This document shows positions 15,401 to 25,080 of a stretch of 28,239 bases of DNA, piece by piece. Each line of letters opens with the position of its first letter. Position 1 is the first letter of the stretch. This DNA comes from an uncultured Oligoflexales bacterium. GTDB taxonomy: Bacteria; Bdellovibrionota_B; Oligoflexia; Oligoflexales; JAWKNZ01. Made by a program: the position numbers and the translations under genes. The stretch lies in NCBI GenBank assembly GCA_964490675.1, contig CAZBDM010000001.1, positions 4,826 through 33,064 of the forward strand, given 5' to 3'. Below the pieces are notes generated by a model. It did no database searches. It was not told where the DNA came from and worked only from the letters and a program-made list of their open reading frames with translations.

Positions 15401-17205
15401 AGTTTTTTCTACGCAAATACAAAAGACAAGCAAGGGTCCAACCGGGTGAGCTTAATCCAGTTAGATTGCAGATTATATCCGGATTTTTTACGGTTCTTTT
15501 TATTATTGTTATCTTCAGAGCAGTGATGATTCATCTTTTTCCTGCTTCTAAAGAAAACCTCGAATCAATCGCGAAACACCAGTATCAAAAACCACTCAAA
15601 CTAGCCGCCTATCGCGGAAGCATTTTTGACCATAGAAGAATACCACTTGCAATAAGTGTACGTTCGCCTTCTTTTGCTGTTAATCCGAAAGTATTTAGTC
15701 CTTCTCCCTCTCAAAGGCGCAAACTGGCGCGGCTTCTAAGAGTTAGTGAGAAAAAAATCAAACAAACGAGCAAAAAAAATCGCTACTTCGCCTGGCTTAA
15801 AAGAAAAGTTGACCATAAAACAGCTCAGTCGATCAGAAATCTAGAAATAAAAGGTCTCTTTGAAATTCTTGAACCTGGTCGTTTTTATCCAGGCGGTTCG
15901 ATAGCATCAAACCTCATAGGCTACGTAGGCCTTGATAACAAGGGTCTATTTGGCTTAGAAGCACGTTATAATAAAGAGTTAACCGGACATAACACAGAAG
16001 CCACCTTAAGTAGAGATGCCAGGGGGCTTCCCATTTTCACAAACCCTAAAAAGGCGACCCCCGAAAGCCCCGGTCACAATATCGTTTTAACGATCGACCG
16101 TGCCATACAAGAAATCGCTGAAGAAGCTCTCTATAAGTGGATTAAAAAAGGCCGTGCCTCGTCTGGATTTGCTCTGGTTGCAGACCCTCACACAGGCCGT
16201 ATATTAGCTAGTGCAAACTACCCGACATTTGATCCCAACTACCGCAATATTAATATCAAAAATACCAAACATTTTGCTATTGCAAATGTGTTTGAACCAG
16301 GGTCTGTGATGAAGCCTATGGTTATAGCAAGAGCTCTTGATTCGCAAATGACCAGCGTCAATGAGATCCACAACTGTGAAAAAAATGGTGTTTATAAGGT
16401 GGGGAAAAGAAACTTTATCAGAGACGATCACCCGAAAGAATTTCTCACAACTTCTGGAGTGATTAGTGAATCAAGTAATATCTGTACGTTTAAAATTGCA
16501 AAAAGGATCGGAGCGGAACAGCTTTTTCGCACCTTTATTGACTTTGGAATCGCTGATCGGGGTTTTTCACTTAATCTTCCCGGTCAAAATCACGGGCGCA
16601 TATCTGACTGGAGACATTGGCGACCGATTCGATTTGCCAACATTTCTTTCGGACAGGGTCACCTTGTCACTGGCCTTGAGATCATAAGAGCTTACTCAGT
16701 GTTTGCTAATGGAGGCAAACTGATCAGACCTTATGTTGTCGACAGGGTCGAAAGCAGTGATGAAAAAATCATCTCACAAAACACCTCAGAAGCTCCGCGG
16801 CGAGTCATCACCCCAGAAACAGCAAAGATCATGCGAAAAATCTTGACGGAAACGGTTGAAAGCGGCACCGCAACAAAAGCCCAAAGCGAGTTTTTTAGCA
16901 CTGCTGGCAAAACAGGCACAGCAGAAAAAGTCGATCCGAAAACCAAGGCTTATTCAGATCACAAACGCATCGCATCATTCGCCGGTTTTTCTCCAACCAA
17001 AGATCCCCATATTGTCGTATACGTCGTCGTTGATGAACCGAAAGAAAAGCCCTACTATGGTGGTATTTGGGCAGCCCCCGTTTTTAGAGAAATAGTTGAT
17101 AAGACGCTCCGTTATCTCAATGTTTCTCCAGACAAAATTGAGACACAAACGATTGGACTGAAAGTTGACCCTAAAAGAGATTCCCTTCCCAAAGCTAACC
17201 TGTAA
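15397..17205 (+). CDS. ftsI: Septal transpeptidase PBP3/FtsI
   Basis: N-terminal TM, RGSIFD, RFYP, EPGSVMKP (SxxK), SSN (SxN), KTGT; no PASTA domain. TTG start overlapping the ftsL stop (TTGA). Confidence 0.95.
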   Translation: MKFFLRKYKRQARVQPGELNPVRLQIISGFFTVLFIIVIFRAVMIHLFPASKENLESIAKHQYQKPLKLAAYRGSIFDHRRIPLAISVRSPSFAVNPKVFSPSPSQRRKLARLLRVSEKKIKQTSKKNRYFAWLKRKVDHKTAQSIRNLEIKGLFEILEPGRFYPGGSIASNLIGYVGLDNKGLFGLEARYNKELTGHNTEATLSRDARGLPIFTNPKKATPESPGHNIVLTIDRAIQEIAEEALYKWIKKGRASSGFALVADPHTGRILASANYPTFDPNYRNINIKNTKHFAIANVFEPGSVMKPMVIARALDSQMTSVNEIHNCEKNGVYKVGKRNFIRDDHPKEFLTTSGVISESSNICTFKIAKRIGAEQLFRTFIDFGIADRGFSLNLPGQNHGRISDWRHWRPIRFANISFGQGHLVTGLEIIRAYSVFANGGKLIRPYVVDRVESSDEKIISQNTSEAPRRVITPETAKIMRKILTETVESGTATKAQSEFFSTAGKTGTAEKVDPKTKAYSDHKRIASFAGFSPTKDPHIVVYVVVDEPKEKPYYGGIWAAPVFREIVDKTLRYLNVSPDKIETQTIGLKVDPKRDSLPKANL

Positions 17206-18739
17206 AGAGGTTTTATCGACACTCTGCGCATCTCATCTTGTCACCGCTAAAAAAATATCCAACACACTTCTTTTGAGTACAGAGAAAAGAAAGCTTGTCA
17301 CCGACTCAAGAAAGCTTGGTGGAGGAGATTTATTTTTAGCTTATAAGGGGGCTCACTCTGACGGGCACAACTTTATCGAAAAAGCTCTAAAAAATAAGCC
17401 GGTACTTTTTATCGTAGAGGATAAGTCAAAACTCCCAAGTGATGATGACATTTCTTTTATTGAAGTGAGCTGCGGTCGAGAAGCGTGGGCTTATTTATGC
17501 GCAAAGGCCTACAGCCATCCCGAAAAAAATCTCCAACTGATCGGGATAACCGGTACAAACGGTAAAACAAGTAGCTTATTCCTCTTAAAATCAATGTTTA
17601 AAGTTTGCGGACTTAAATATCTGGCAATGGGTACCCTTGGAATTGAGCTCAACGGCAAACTTTATGAAAGCTCCCATACCACTCCTGACCCTCCACTTCT
17701 TTATTATTGGCTTTCCGAGGCCCAAAAGAGCGGTGTACGCTACGTCATGATGGAAGTTTCTTCTCACAGCGTCACACAAAAAAAGTTAGCTGGACTTCAC
17801 TTTAGCGCGGCAGGTTTTACAAGTTTTTCAAGAGACCACCTTGATTTTCATAACTCGATGAAAGACTACTTTATCGCCAAACTGAGTTTTTTAAAATACT
17901 TGACAGATAAGAGAGCAACTGTCGCTATCAGCAAAACGATCTTAGAAAACCACCTTGCTGAAAGCCTATTAGACGAGCTTAAAGATAAAAACACTATTAT
18001 TTATGGTTTTAAAAACTCTCATAAACATCCAAGTCGTTCTACAAAAACCCTCGATTTAAGTATAAAAGAAAAAGGTACCGGTACAGCTGAGTTGACTCTT
18101 GAAGGTGAAATAAAAGCAAGAGGAAGCGTCCGTTTTATAGAAGACTACCGCATTGAAAACTTCGCTCTCTCTCTTCTTCTTTTTACCAAACTGACAGGTA
18201 GGTCTTTTGACCACCATCTTTGGGGTAGCATTGAGCAGGTTCCAGGAAGAATGGAACGGGTTGAGTCTGAGAGAGGCCTTCCAGAAGTTTACGTCGATTA
18301 TTCTCACACCCCCGACGCTTTAGAAAAGTGTCTCGATCAAATACGCAAGAATAGCTCCTTTAAGTCTGGTGATCAAAAGCTATGGCTTATTTTTGGCTGC
18401 GGTGGAGACCGGGATAAAGGTAAAAGACCCCTTATGGCCAAGATCGCAGAAAATTATGCAGATAAAATCATCGTCACATCTGATAACCCAAGAGGGGAGG
18501 ACCCCTTGAAAATTATTGATGAAATATTGATGGGGTTTGGAGTTAAAAAATCCCCCTTAACAATACCCGACAGAAAAGAGGCGATAAATTACGCCATAAA
18601 AAACGCTGCTGATTCGGATCTTGTTTTAATCGCTGGAAAAGGCCACGAAACCTACCAAATCATTGGAGAAAAAACCCACTTTTTTGATGATAGACAAGAG
18701 GCACGTCGAGCACTTTCTGAAAGGAAAATAGATGACTAG
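17165..18739 (+). CDS. murE: UDP-MurNAc-tripeptide synthetase MurE (meso-DAP type)
   Basis: GITGTNGKTS, MEVSSH, DYSHTPDAL, FGCGGDRD, SDNPR (DAP-recognition DNPR), AGKGHETYQ. Confidence 0.96.
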   Translation: MTLKEIPFPKLTCKEVLSTLCASHLVTAKKISNTLLLSTEKRKLVTDSRKLGGGDLFLAYKGAHSDGHNFIEKALKNKPVLFIVEDKSKLPSDDDISFIEVSCGREAWAYLCAKAYSHPEKNLQLIGITGTNGKTSSLFLLKSMFKVCGLKYLAMGTLGIELNGKLYESSHTTPDPPLLYYWLSEAQKSGVRYVMMEVSSHSVTQKKLAGLHFSAAGFTSFSRDHLDFHNSMKDYFIAKLSFLKYLTDKRATVAISKTILENHLAESLLDELKDKNTIIYGFKNSHKHPSRSTKTLDLSIKEKGTGTAELTLEGEIKARGSVRFIEDYRIENFALSLLLFTKLTGRSFDHHLWGSIEQVPGRMERVESERGLPEVYVDYSHTPDALEKCLDQIRKNSSFKSGDQKLWLIFGCGGDRDKGKRPLMAKIAENYADKIIVTSDNPRGEDPLKIIDEILMGFGVKKSPLTIPDRKEAINYAIKNAADSDLVLIAGKGHETYQIIGEKTHFFDDRQEARRALSERKIDD

Positions 18740-20126
18740 AGAGTCTTCTTGGCAAGCAATAAAGCTCTGGCTTGGTGACCAGTACCTATCCTCACAAAGC
18801 TGTCAAAAACCACCGCCAGTTCCCACAGAGCTTACCACTGATAGCCGTACTATAAGAAGGGGGCAATGGTTTTTGGCCCTAAAGGGCGATGCTTTTGACG
18901 GTCATGATTTTATCGAGAACGCCCTAGACAAAGGAGCTGGTGGGGTTATCTGTGAAAAGACTCGAAAGTCCCTCGAAAAGCTCCCCCATATTGTCGTAAA
19001 AGACAGCCTTAAAGCTCTGCAGCTCATCGCTCGCGGTCACCGAAGATCTTTAAACAAGACTAAGTTCATTTCTCTAACAGGCTCGGTTGGCAAAACAACC
19101 TGCAAAGAGATACTCAAAGAGATGCTTTCCTTCACGTTTTCCACCCATGCCACTCGAGCGAACCTTAACAATGAAATCGGAGTTCCACTGACTCTGCTAG
19201 AGACAAGTAAAGACCACCAATTTTCAATTGTCGAAATGGGTGCGCGTCACCCGGGCGATATAAGACTCCTTTCAGACATAGCCGAAGCCGACGTGAGCTG
19301 TCTTTTAAACGTAGGAGAGTCACATCTTGGCGAATTTGGCAGCTTAGAAGCCCTTCTTAAAACAAAACTCGAAATTTTTCAGTACGGCCTTAGCGATAAC
19401 ACTGTTGTAGCTTTTTTTGATCAAAAGGAAGTCTTAGAGGGGGCACAAAAAACAGCTAAAAGAATTGTGAGCTTTGGCTACAAATCTGGTGCTGATGTAA
19501 GGATCAAAGACGTCACTTGGCTTTCCGGGGGAAAACAACGAATCGACTTTCAAGTTTTTGGCAAGCCACACTCTTTTGAGCTTTCTGTCTGCCACGAATC
19601 TTACCCGATTAATTGTGCCGCATCTCTAGCCATTGCTTGTGCTCTGGGAGTCGATACAGAAGACATGAAAGAATCTCTTAAAAAGTTTAGCGGCATCAAA
19701 GGCCGATACAAAGTTTATAACGCTGACAACCAGATCATCATTGATGATAGCTATAACGCCAGCCCGCAGAGTATGCGCGCCGGCTTTCTAAGCATGGCCA
19801 AGGCCTACCCGCAAAAGAAAAAGCTCCTTGTGCTTGGCGACATGCTTGAACTCGGCGAAAAAAGCCAAAACTATCATGAGGTTGTCGGTCGCGACTGCGT
19901 TGAAATTGTCGGGCCAGAGATGATTTTTGGCGTCGGTAAAGATAGTCAGCACATTCTTTCTGCCGCCCGAAAAATGGGTGTTTCAGAGAAAAACCTGTTG
20001 CACTTTCAAACAGTCGAAGATCTTTTGAGACAAGACATTGATTTTTCAGAGCTTGCCGACTTAATTTATGTGAAAGGATCGCGTAGTATAAAACTTGATC
20101 TTGTCATCGATCGTTTAATTTCTTAA
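18732..20126 (+). CDS. murF: UDP-MurNAc-tripeptide--D-Ala-D-Ala ligase MurF
   Basis: TGSVGKTT, NLNNEIGVP, EMGARHPG, DDSYNASPQS, LGDMLELG, VKGSR. Confidence 0.96.
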   Translation: MTRESSWQAIKLWLGDQYLSSQSCQKPPPVPTELTTDSRTIRRGQWFLALKGDAFDGHDFIENALDKGAGGVICEKTRKSLEKLPHIVVKDSLKALQLIARGHRRSLNKTKFISLTGSVGKTTCKEILKEMLSFTFSTHATRANLNNEIGVPLTLLETSKDHQFSIVEMGARHPGDIRLLSDIAEADVSCLLNVGESHLGEFGSLEALLKTKLEIFQYGLSDNTVVAFFDQKEVLEGAQKTAKRIVSFGYKSGADVRIKDVTWLSGGKQRIDFQVFGKPHSFELSVCHESYPINCAASLAIACALGVDTEDMKESLKKFSGIKGRYKVYNADNQIIIDDSYNASPQSMRAGFLSMAKAYPQKKKLLVLGDMLELGEKSQNYHEVVGRDCVEIVGPEMIFGVGKDSQHILSAARKMGVSEKNLLHFQTVEDLLRQDIDFSELADLIYVKGSRSIKLDLVIDRLIS

Positions 20127-20139
20127 GGAGCGAAAGCCG

Positions 20140-21216
20140 TTGCTTTACCATTTGCTAGTTCCTTTAGCGCAAGATATTGGTCTTTTTAACGTTGTCCGCT
20201 ATATCACTTTTCGCTCTGGTATTGGGCTTTTGACAGCTCTTTTTATCAGCTTTCTCATTTCTCCTTGGTTTATAAGAAAACTAAAAAAACGCCAGATTGG
20301 TCAAGTTGTTCGGGATGATGGCCCGGAATCGCACTTTTCTAAGGCAGGCACACCAACTATGGGAGGCGGCTTGATCATTTTCGCCGTTCTTCTTCCCTGT
20401 CTTTTGTGGATGGACTGGCAGAATAAATATCTTTGGTACTCCCTTGCCATATTTGCAGGCTACGGTCTTTTAGGCTTTGTCGATGATTATAGTAAGATCT
20501 CGAAAAAAAACACTAAAGGTGTCTCCGGCAAACAAAAGCTTTTTTGGCAAATTTCTTTAGCGGCTGTCGTGTGTACGCTGCACTATTATGCTACCGGTGA
20601 GTCCGGTGATCTGGCAGTGCCGTTTTTAAAGAATGTCTCGATTCCCTTAGGTATCCTCTATATTCCGTTTAGCGTTCTTGTTATCGTCGGTGCTAGTAAC
20701 GCCGTCAACCTTACCGACGGGCTTGATGGGCTTGCTATCGGACCGGTTATGATCTCAGCGGCTAGCTTTGCGATTCTCGCTTATGTGACCGGGCACTCTG
20801 AGTTTGCTAGCTACCTCAACTATCCTTACATCAGAGGAAGCGGAGAGTTGACCATCTTTGCAGCAAGCCTTGTCGGAGCGGGTATGGGTTTTTTATGGTA
20901 CAACACATACCCAGCTCAAGTTTTTATGGGTGATGTCGGCTCGCTGCCTCTTGGTGGTGCACTCGGTGCTCTCGCTGTTTTTACAAAACATGAAATCTTA
21001 CTTGCGATTATTGGAGGTATCTTTGTCCTCGAAGCTGTATCTGTCATTACGCAAGTCTTTTCTTTTAAACTTACCGGAAAAAGAGTGTTTCGAATGGCAC
21101 CTATTCATCATCACTTCGAGCTGAAAGGCTGGCCCGAACCAAAAGTCATCGTTCGTTTTTGGATCATCTCTGTCGTTTTAGCACTGATTGGACTATTGAG
21201 TCTTAAACTACGTTGA
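20140..21216 (+). CDS. mraY: Phospho-MurNAc-pentapeptide transferase MraY
   Basis: KAGTPTMGG, NAVNLTDGLDGLA, FMGDVGS, APIHHHFELKGW; TTG start with AAGGAG. Confidence 0.98.
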   Translation: MLYHLLVPLAQDIGLFNVVRYITFRSGIGLLTALFISFLISPWFIRKLKKRQIGQVVRDDGPESHFSKAGTPTMGGGLIIFAVLLPCLLWMDWQNKYLWYSLAIFAGYGLLGFVDDYSKISKKNTKGVSGKQKLFWQISLAAVVCTLHYYATGESGDLAVPFLKNVSIPLGILYIPFSVLVIVGASNAVNLTDGLDGLAIGPVMISAASFAILAYVTGHSEFASYLNYPYIRGSGELTIFAASLVGAGMGFLWYNTYPAQVFMGDVGSLPLGGALGALAVFTKHEILLAIIGGIFVLEAVSVITQVFSFKLTGKRVFRMAPIHHHFELKGWPEPKVIVRFWIISVVLALIGLLSLKLR

Positions 21217-21219
21217 TCA

Positions 21220-22527
21220 ATGAAAAGAGGCGCTATGCGTTGGTTAGTCTTAGGAGCTGGGGTCTCAGGCCTTGGCGCTGCAAAGCTTCTAAAAAAACTA
21301 AAGTATGATGTGACGGTAATCGACAAAAATAGCCTTTCTTTGCGTAAAAGACGAGCCTTTGATGAACTGAATGTCAACGTTATCGAAGGAAAAGAAACAC
21401 CTTCAGATCTAAGTCACTACGACGGTCTTATTACAAGCCCCGGCATAGCAACTGAACACCCCCTTATCAAACAAGCTTCCAATCTAGGTTTGAAAATAAA
21501 ATCTGAGATCGACCTAGCCCTTGAACATTTTAACGGCCAGCTCATAACAGTCACAGGTACAAATGGTAAGTCGACCATCGTTATGATGATTGAACATATC
21601 TTAAGAAGTCTCAATGTTGATGCGAGGGTCTGCGGTAATATTGGAATTTCGCCATCACTCCTTATCGCAGAAGATCAGTGTCCAAAAATTCTTATCATGG
21701 AGCTCTCTTCTTATCAGCTAGAAACGTCAAAACCCATAGCTGCTGATGTCGCTATCTTTTCCAATTTTAGTGAGGACCACCTCTCTAGGCACGGTAGCAT
21801 GGAGAGTTATTTTAAGGCTAAATGGAAAATTTTTTCTAAAAGAAAGCCTTGTTCACTCTCTTTAGTCAGTGAAGATGTCTGTAAAGAAGCAAAAGGTTAT
21901 GGCATTGATATTAGTGGTATTGATTTTACTGTCATCGATCAAAGCTACCTTGTAAACAACGCCATCAATCAATCTTCGACTTCTTTAAGCACCAAACATA
22001 ACTTGTTGAATGCCGCTTTTTCGGCAGCAGCAACAGCTTTTGTCTGCAATAAAAAACCGCAAGATATGGTTTCTTCTCTGAGCACTTATAAAGGATTGCC
22101 CCACCGCTGTGAAGAGATCGGATATTTTCACGAGATGCTGATAATAAACGACAGCAAGGCAACCAACATTGCATCGACACTTGCTGCACTAGAGAGTTAC
22201 GAAGGTCCTTTGACACTTGTTCTTGGAGGTAAGTCTAAAGGTGAGAGTTTTCGTCCACTTGAAAAATTCCATGACAAAGTCAGTCAACTGATCTGTTTTG
22301 GTGAAGCCGGTGAAGGGATTGCTAAAGAAATCGGTTATACGTTCAAGCCAAAGATTTACAAGAGCCTTGCTAGCTGTCTTGAAGATTTTCCAAAGTTTTT
22401 GAGAGAAGAAAATAGACTCCTACTTTTTTCTCCTGCCTGTGCAAGTTTTGATGAATTCGAAAATTTTGAAAAACGAGGTGATTTTTTTCGACAAAGACTC
22501 GCCCCTTATTTAAAAGGTCAAAATTAG
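21220..22527 (+). CDS. murD: UDP-MurNAc-L-Ala--D-Glu ligase MurD
   Basis: GAGVSG, VTGTNGKST, ELSSYQL, NDSKATN, SPACASFDEF. Confidence 0.96.
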   Translation: MKRGAMRWLVLGAGVSGLGAAKLLKKLKYDVTVIDKNSLSLRKRRAFDELNVNVIEGKETPSDLSHYDGLITSPGIATEHPLIKQASNLGLKIKSEIDLALEHFNGQLITVTGTNGKSTIVMMIEHILRSLNVDARVCGNIGISPSLLIAEDQCPKILIMELSSYQLETSKPIAADVAIFSNFSEDHLSRHGSMESYFKAKWKIFSKRKPCSLSLVSEDVCKEAKGYGIDISGIDFTVIDQSYLVNNAINQSSTSLSTKHNLLNAAFSAAATAFVCNKKPQDMVSSLSTYKGLPHRCEEIGYFHEMLIINDSKATNIASTLAALESYEGPLTLVLGGKSKGESFRPLEKFHDKVSQLICFGEAGEGIAKEIGYTFKPKIYKSLASCLEDFPKFLREENRLLLFSPACASFDEFENFEKRGDFFRQRLAPYLKGQN

Positions 22528-22592
22528 TAGTTTTTTAAGCCCCGCGTTACAATAGAGGCATAGTTTATCGATCCGGGCGGAGCTTTCATTCC

Positions 22593-23729
22593 ATGCAAAA
22601 AGACGACTCTTCCAGACAGTCCTATGATTGGGCTCTTATTGGTATAGCAGCAATCTTGACCTTTATCGGTCTTGTTGAAATCTACGCAGCCTCATCAATG
22701 AAAGCTGCCGAGCATTTTAACGATCAATTTTTCTTCTTAAGGAAACAAACTTTTGTCGCTTTGCTTGGCTTTGCCGGGATTATTGTTCTCCGATATATTC
22801 CGTTTAAGCTCATTGAAAGACTGACTCTTCCTCTTGTTGGCTTGTCGATCGTACTTCTTGCTTTGATTCTCGTACCGGGTCTTTATATCAAAGTGAAAGG
22901 AGCTTCCCGCTGGATCAATTTGTTTGGCTTAAGGTTTCAGCCTGCTGAACTAGCCAAACTAGCGATGATTCTCTTTCTTGCTAAAAACCTCTGCCGCAAA
23001 CAGAGTGATTTGCGAAAGTGGACATCACTTCTGCCAAATATGATTATTTTCTTTGTCTTTGCAAGCTTTCTCATGCTTCAGCCTGATTTTGGTACCACTG
23101 CACTTATTGGGTCAATTGTTATTGCGATGCTTTTCGTTGCAGGTCTAGCAAGAAAATATCTGGTTATTCTAGCCGGTCTTGCTTTAGGTTTAGTAGGTGT
23201 CGCAATAGCTATTGCTCCTTATCGGTTAAAAAGACTAATCAGCTTTATAGATCCTTGGGCTGTTGTAGATGAAGGTGGTTTTCAGATTATCCAGAGCTAC
23301 CTTGCCTTTCAAAATGGCGGCCTTTTTGGCCTGGGGCTTGGAGAATCTCGTCAGAAGCTCTTTTTTCTGCCTGAAGCTCACTCCGACTTTATACTTGCAG
23401 TAATCGGAGAGGAGATTGGCTTATTGGGTGTCGTTCTGGTTTGTGCATGTTTTTTTTCGATGGTATTTCTGGGATTTAAGGTAACAGGTCAGCAAAAAAG
23501 CCCTTATAAGAAGTTTTTATCATTCGGCCTGACAAGTCTGATTGCCATTCAATCACTGTTTAATATTGGCGTAGTCATGGGGCTTCTCCCTACCAAAGGC
23601 ATTCCACTGCCATTTGTAAGTAGTGGTGCCAGTTCCCTTTTAGTCTTTTTAGTGGTAATTGGTATTCTCGCTCGATTAGGAAGAGAGGCCAACGACCATC
23701 AGCAAGCTCAGTTTAAAAAACCTGTCTGA
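22593..23729 (+). CDS. ftsW: SEDS peptidoglycan polymerase FtsW
   Basis: GASRWI, FQPAELAK, QPDFG, GFQIIQS, LPEAHSDFI, PTKGIPLPFVSSGAS. Confidence 0.96.
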   Translation: MQKDDSSRQSYDWALIGIAAILTFIGLVEIYAASSMKAAEHFNDQFFFLRKQTFVALLGFAGIIVLRYIPFKLIERLTLPLVGLSIVLLALILVPGLYIKVKGASRWINLFGLRFQPAELAKLAMILFLAKNLCRKQSDLRKWTSLLPNMIIFFVFASFLMLQPDFGTTALIGSIVIAMLFVAGLARKYLVILAGLALGLVGVAIAIAPYRLKRLISFIDPWAVVDEGGFQIIQSYLAFQNGGLFGLGLGESRQKLFFLPEAHSDFILAVIGEEIGLLGVVLVCACFFSMVFLGFKVTGQQKSPYKKFLSFGLTSLIAIQSLFNIGVVMGLLPTKGIPLPFVSSGASSLLVFLVVIGILARLGREANDHQQAQFKKPV

Positions 23730-25080
23730 TCCTCTATATTTTGTCGGTATTGGTGGAAGCGGTATGTCTGCTCTAGCTGAGTTATGCCTTAAGGCTGGAT
23801 ACAAAGTTAAAGGATCTGATCAAAATGACTCGCAAGCAGTTAAGCGGTTAAGATCACAAGGCGCAGAGATTATCCAGGGCCATGACACCAGTCTTCTCAA
23901 AGACGTCAAAACGATCGTTTACTCTTCTGCTATAAAAGACAGCAACATTGAGCGAGTCTACGGTAAAGAGCTAGGCTTGACGGAAGTTCATCGGTCTGAT
24001 CTTTTAAGTATTTTGCTGAGTTCATTTAAACCCATTACCGTTTCCGGTACACACGGCAAAACCACCACCTCCGCCCTTATCAGCCACATCCTCGAAGGGC
24101 TTGGCTGTCGCCCCTTTGCAGCAATCGGAGGCCTTGTAAACAAGTGGAACTCTAACTGCGCGTATGGTGATTCAAACTTATTTGTCGCCGAAGTCGACGA
24201 GTCTGACGGAACCCTTGTTAAATACTCACCTTATATCGGCATCATCAATAACATTGATCTCGACCATATGGATTACTTTCGCGATAAATCTCATCTTATC
24301 GAGGTTTTTACCAAGTACCGGGACAATATCGATAAAGATGGCTGCCTAATTGTCGGTTGGGATCATCCTATCAGCCGAGATTTAGGTGTCTCATACGGTT
24401 CAAGAAAACTCGCTTTTGGATTCAGTCTTGGAAGCGATGTTAGAGCAATTGATTACAAATGTGAGAATGGCTTTAGCACATTTAAAGCCATCGTCGAAAG
24501 AGACATCTTTTCGTGTAAGCTGAAGCTTTTAGGCAAATACAATGTTCTCAATGCTCTTTGCGCTCTTTCAGCTGTGAGAGCATTAGAGCTCGACGTTAGA
24601 GCCGCTTGTGAGCTTCTTGAAAGTTTTGACGGTGTCAAAAGAAGGTTTGAAAGAATCTATGAAAATGAGCACCTGAAGATCATAGATGATTATGCTCATA
24701 ATCCTGAAAAGATTTTCGCCGTGCAAAGCGCCATCAAGCAAGCTTGGCCAAACTCAGATCTGATAACTTTCTTTCAACCTCACCGCTACAGTCGATCATT
24801 ACAGCTCTTTGATCGCTTTTCGCAGTCTTTTTCAAAGTCGGATAAAGTTATTTTGTTACCGGTTTATCCGGCAGGTGAGGAAAAGCCATGTGAATTTGAC
24901 GAGTCAGCATTTAGTCAGGCAATCGCATCTTCTTCACAAACTTCTTGCCTAAGGGTATCTGATTTTTCAGAAGCTGTTAAAATAGTAGAAGGAAATCTAA
25001 AAAATCCAACGATTATTTTAACGGTAGGTGCTGGAAACGTATGGCAACTGGCAAAAATTCTAAAAGAAGCTCTTCTGTAA
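23722..25080 (+). CDS. murC: UDP-MurNAc--L-Ala ligase MurC (start extended upstream of track ATG 23764; probable CTG at 23722)
   Basis: In-frame upstream codons encode LSDPLYFVGIGGSG, joining MSAL to form the conserved GIGGSGMSAL motif. Also GTHGKTTT, EVDESD, DDYAH, FQPHRYSR. In-frame stop at 23677-23679 bounds the extension. Confidence 0.93.
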   Translation: MSDPLYFVGIGGSGMSALAELCLKAGYKVKGSDQNDSQAVKRLRSQGAEIIQGHDTSLLKDVKTIVYSSAIKDSNIERVYGKELGLTEVHRSDLLSILLSSFKPITVSGTHGKTTTSALISHILEGLGCRPFAAIGGLVNKWNSNCAYGDSNLFVAEVDESDGTLVKYSPYIGIINNIDLDHMDYFRDKSHLIEVFTKYRDNIDKDGCLIVGWDHPISRDLGVSYGSRKLAFGFSLGSDVRAIDYKCENGFSTFKAIVERDIFSCKLKLLGKYNVLNALCALSAVRALELDVRAACELLESFDGVKRRFERIYENEHLKIIDDYAHNPEKIFAVQSAIKQAWPNSDLITFFQPHRYSRSLQLFDRFSQSFSKSDKVILLPVYPAGEEKPCEFDESAFSQAIASSSQTSCLRVSDFSEAVKIVEGNLKNPTIILTVGAGNVWQLAKILKEALL

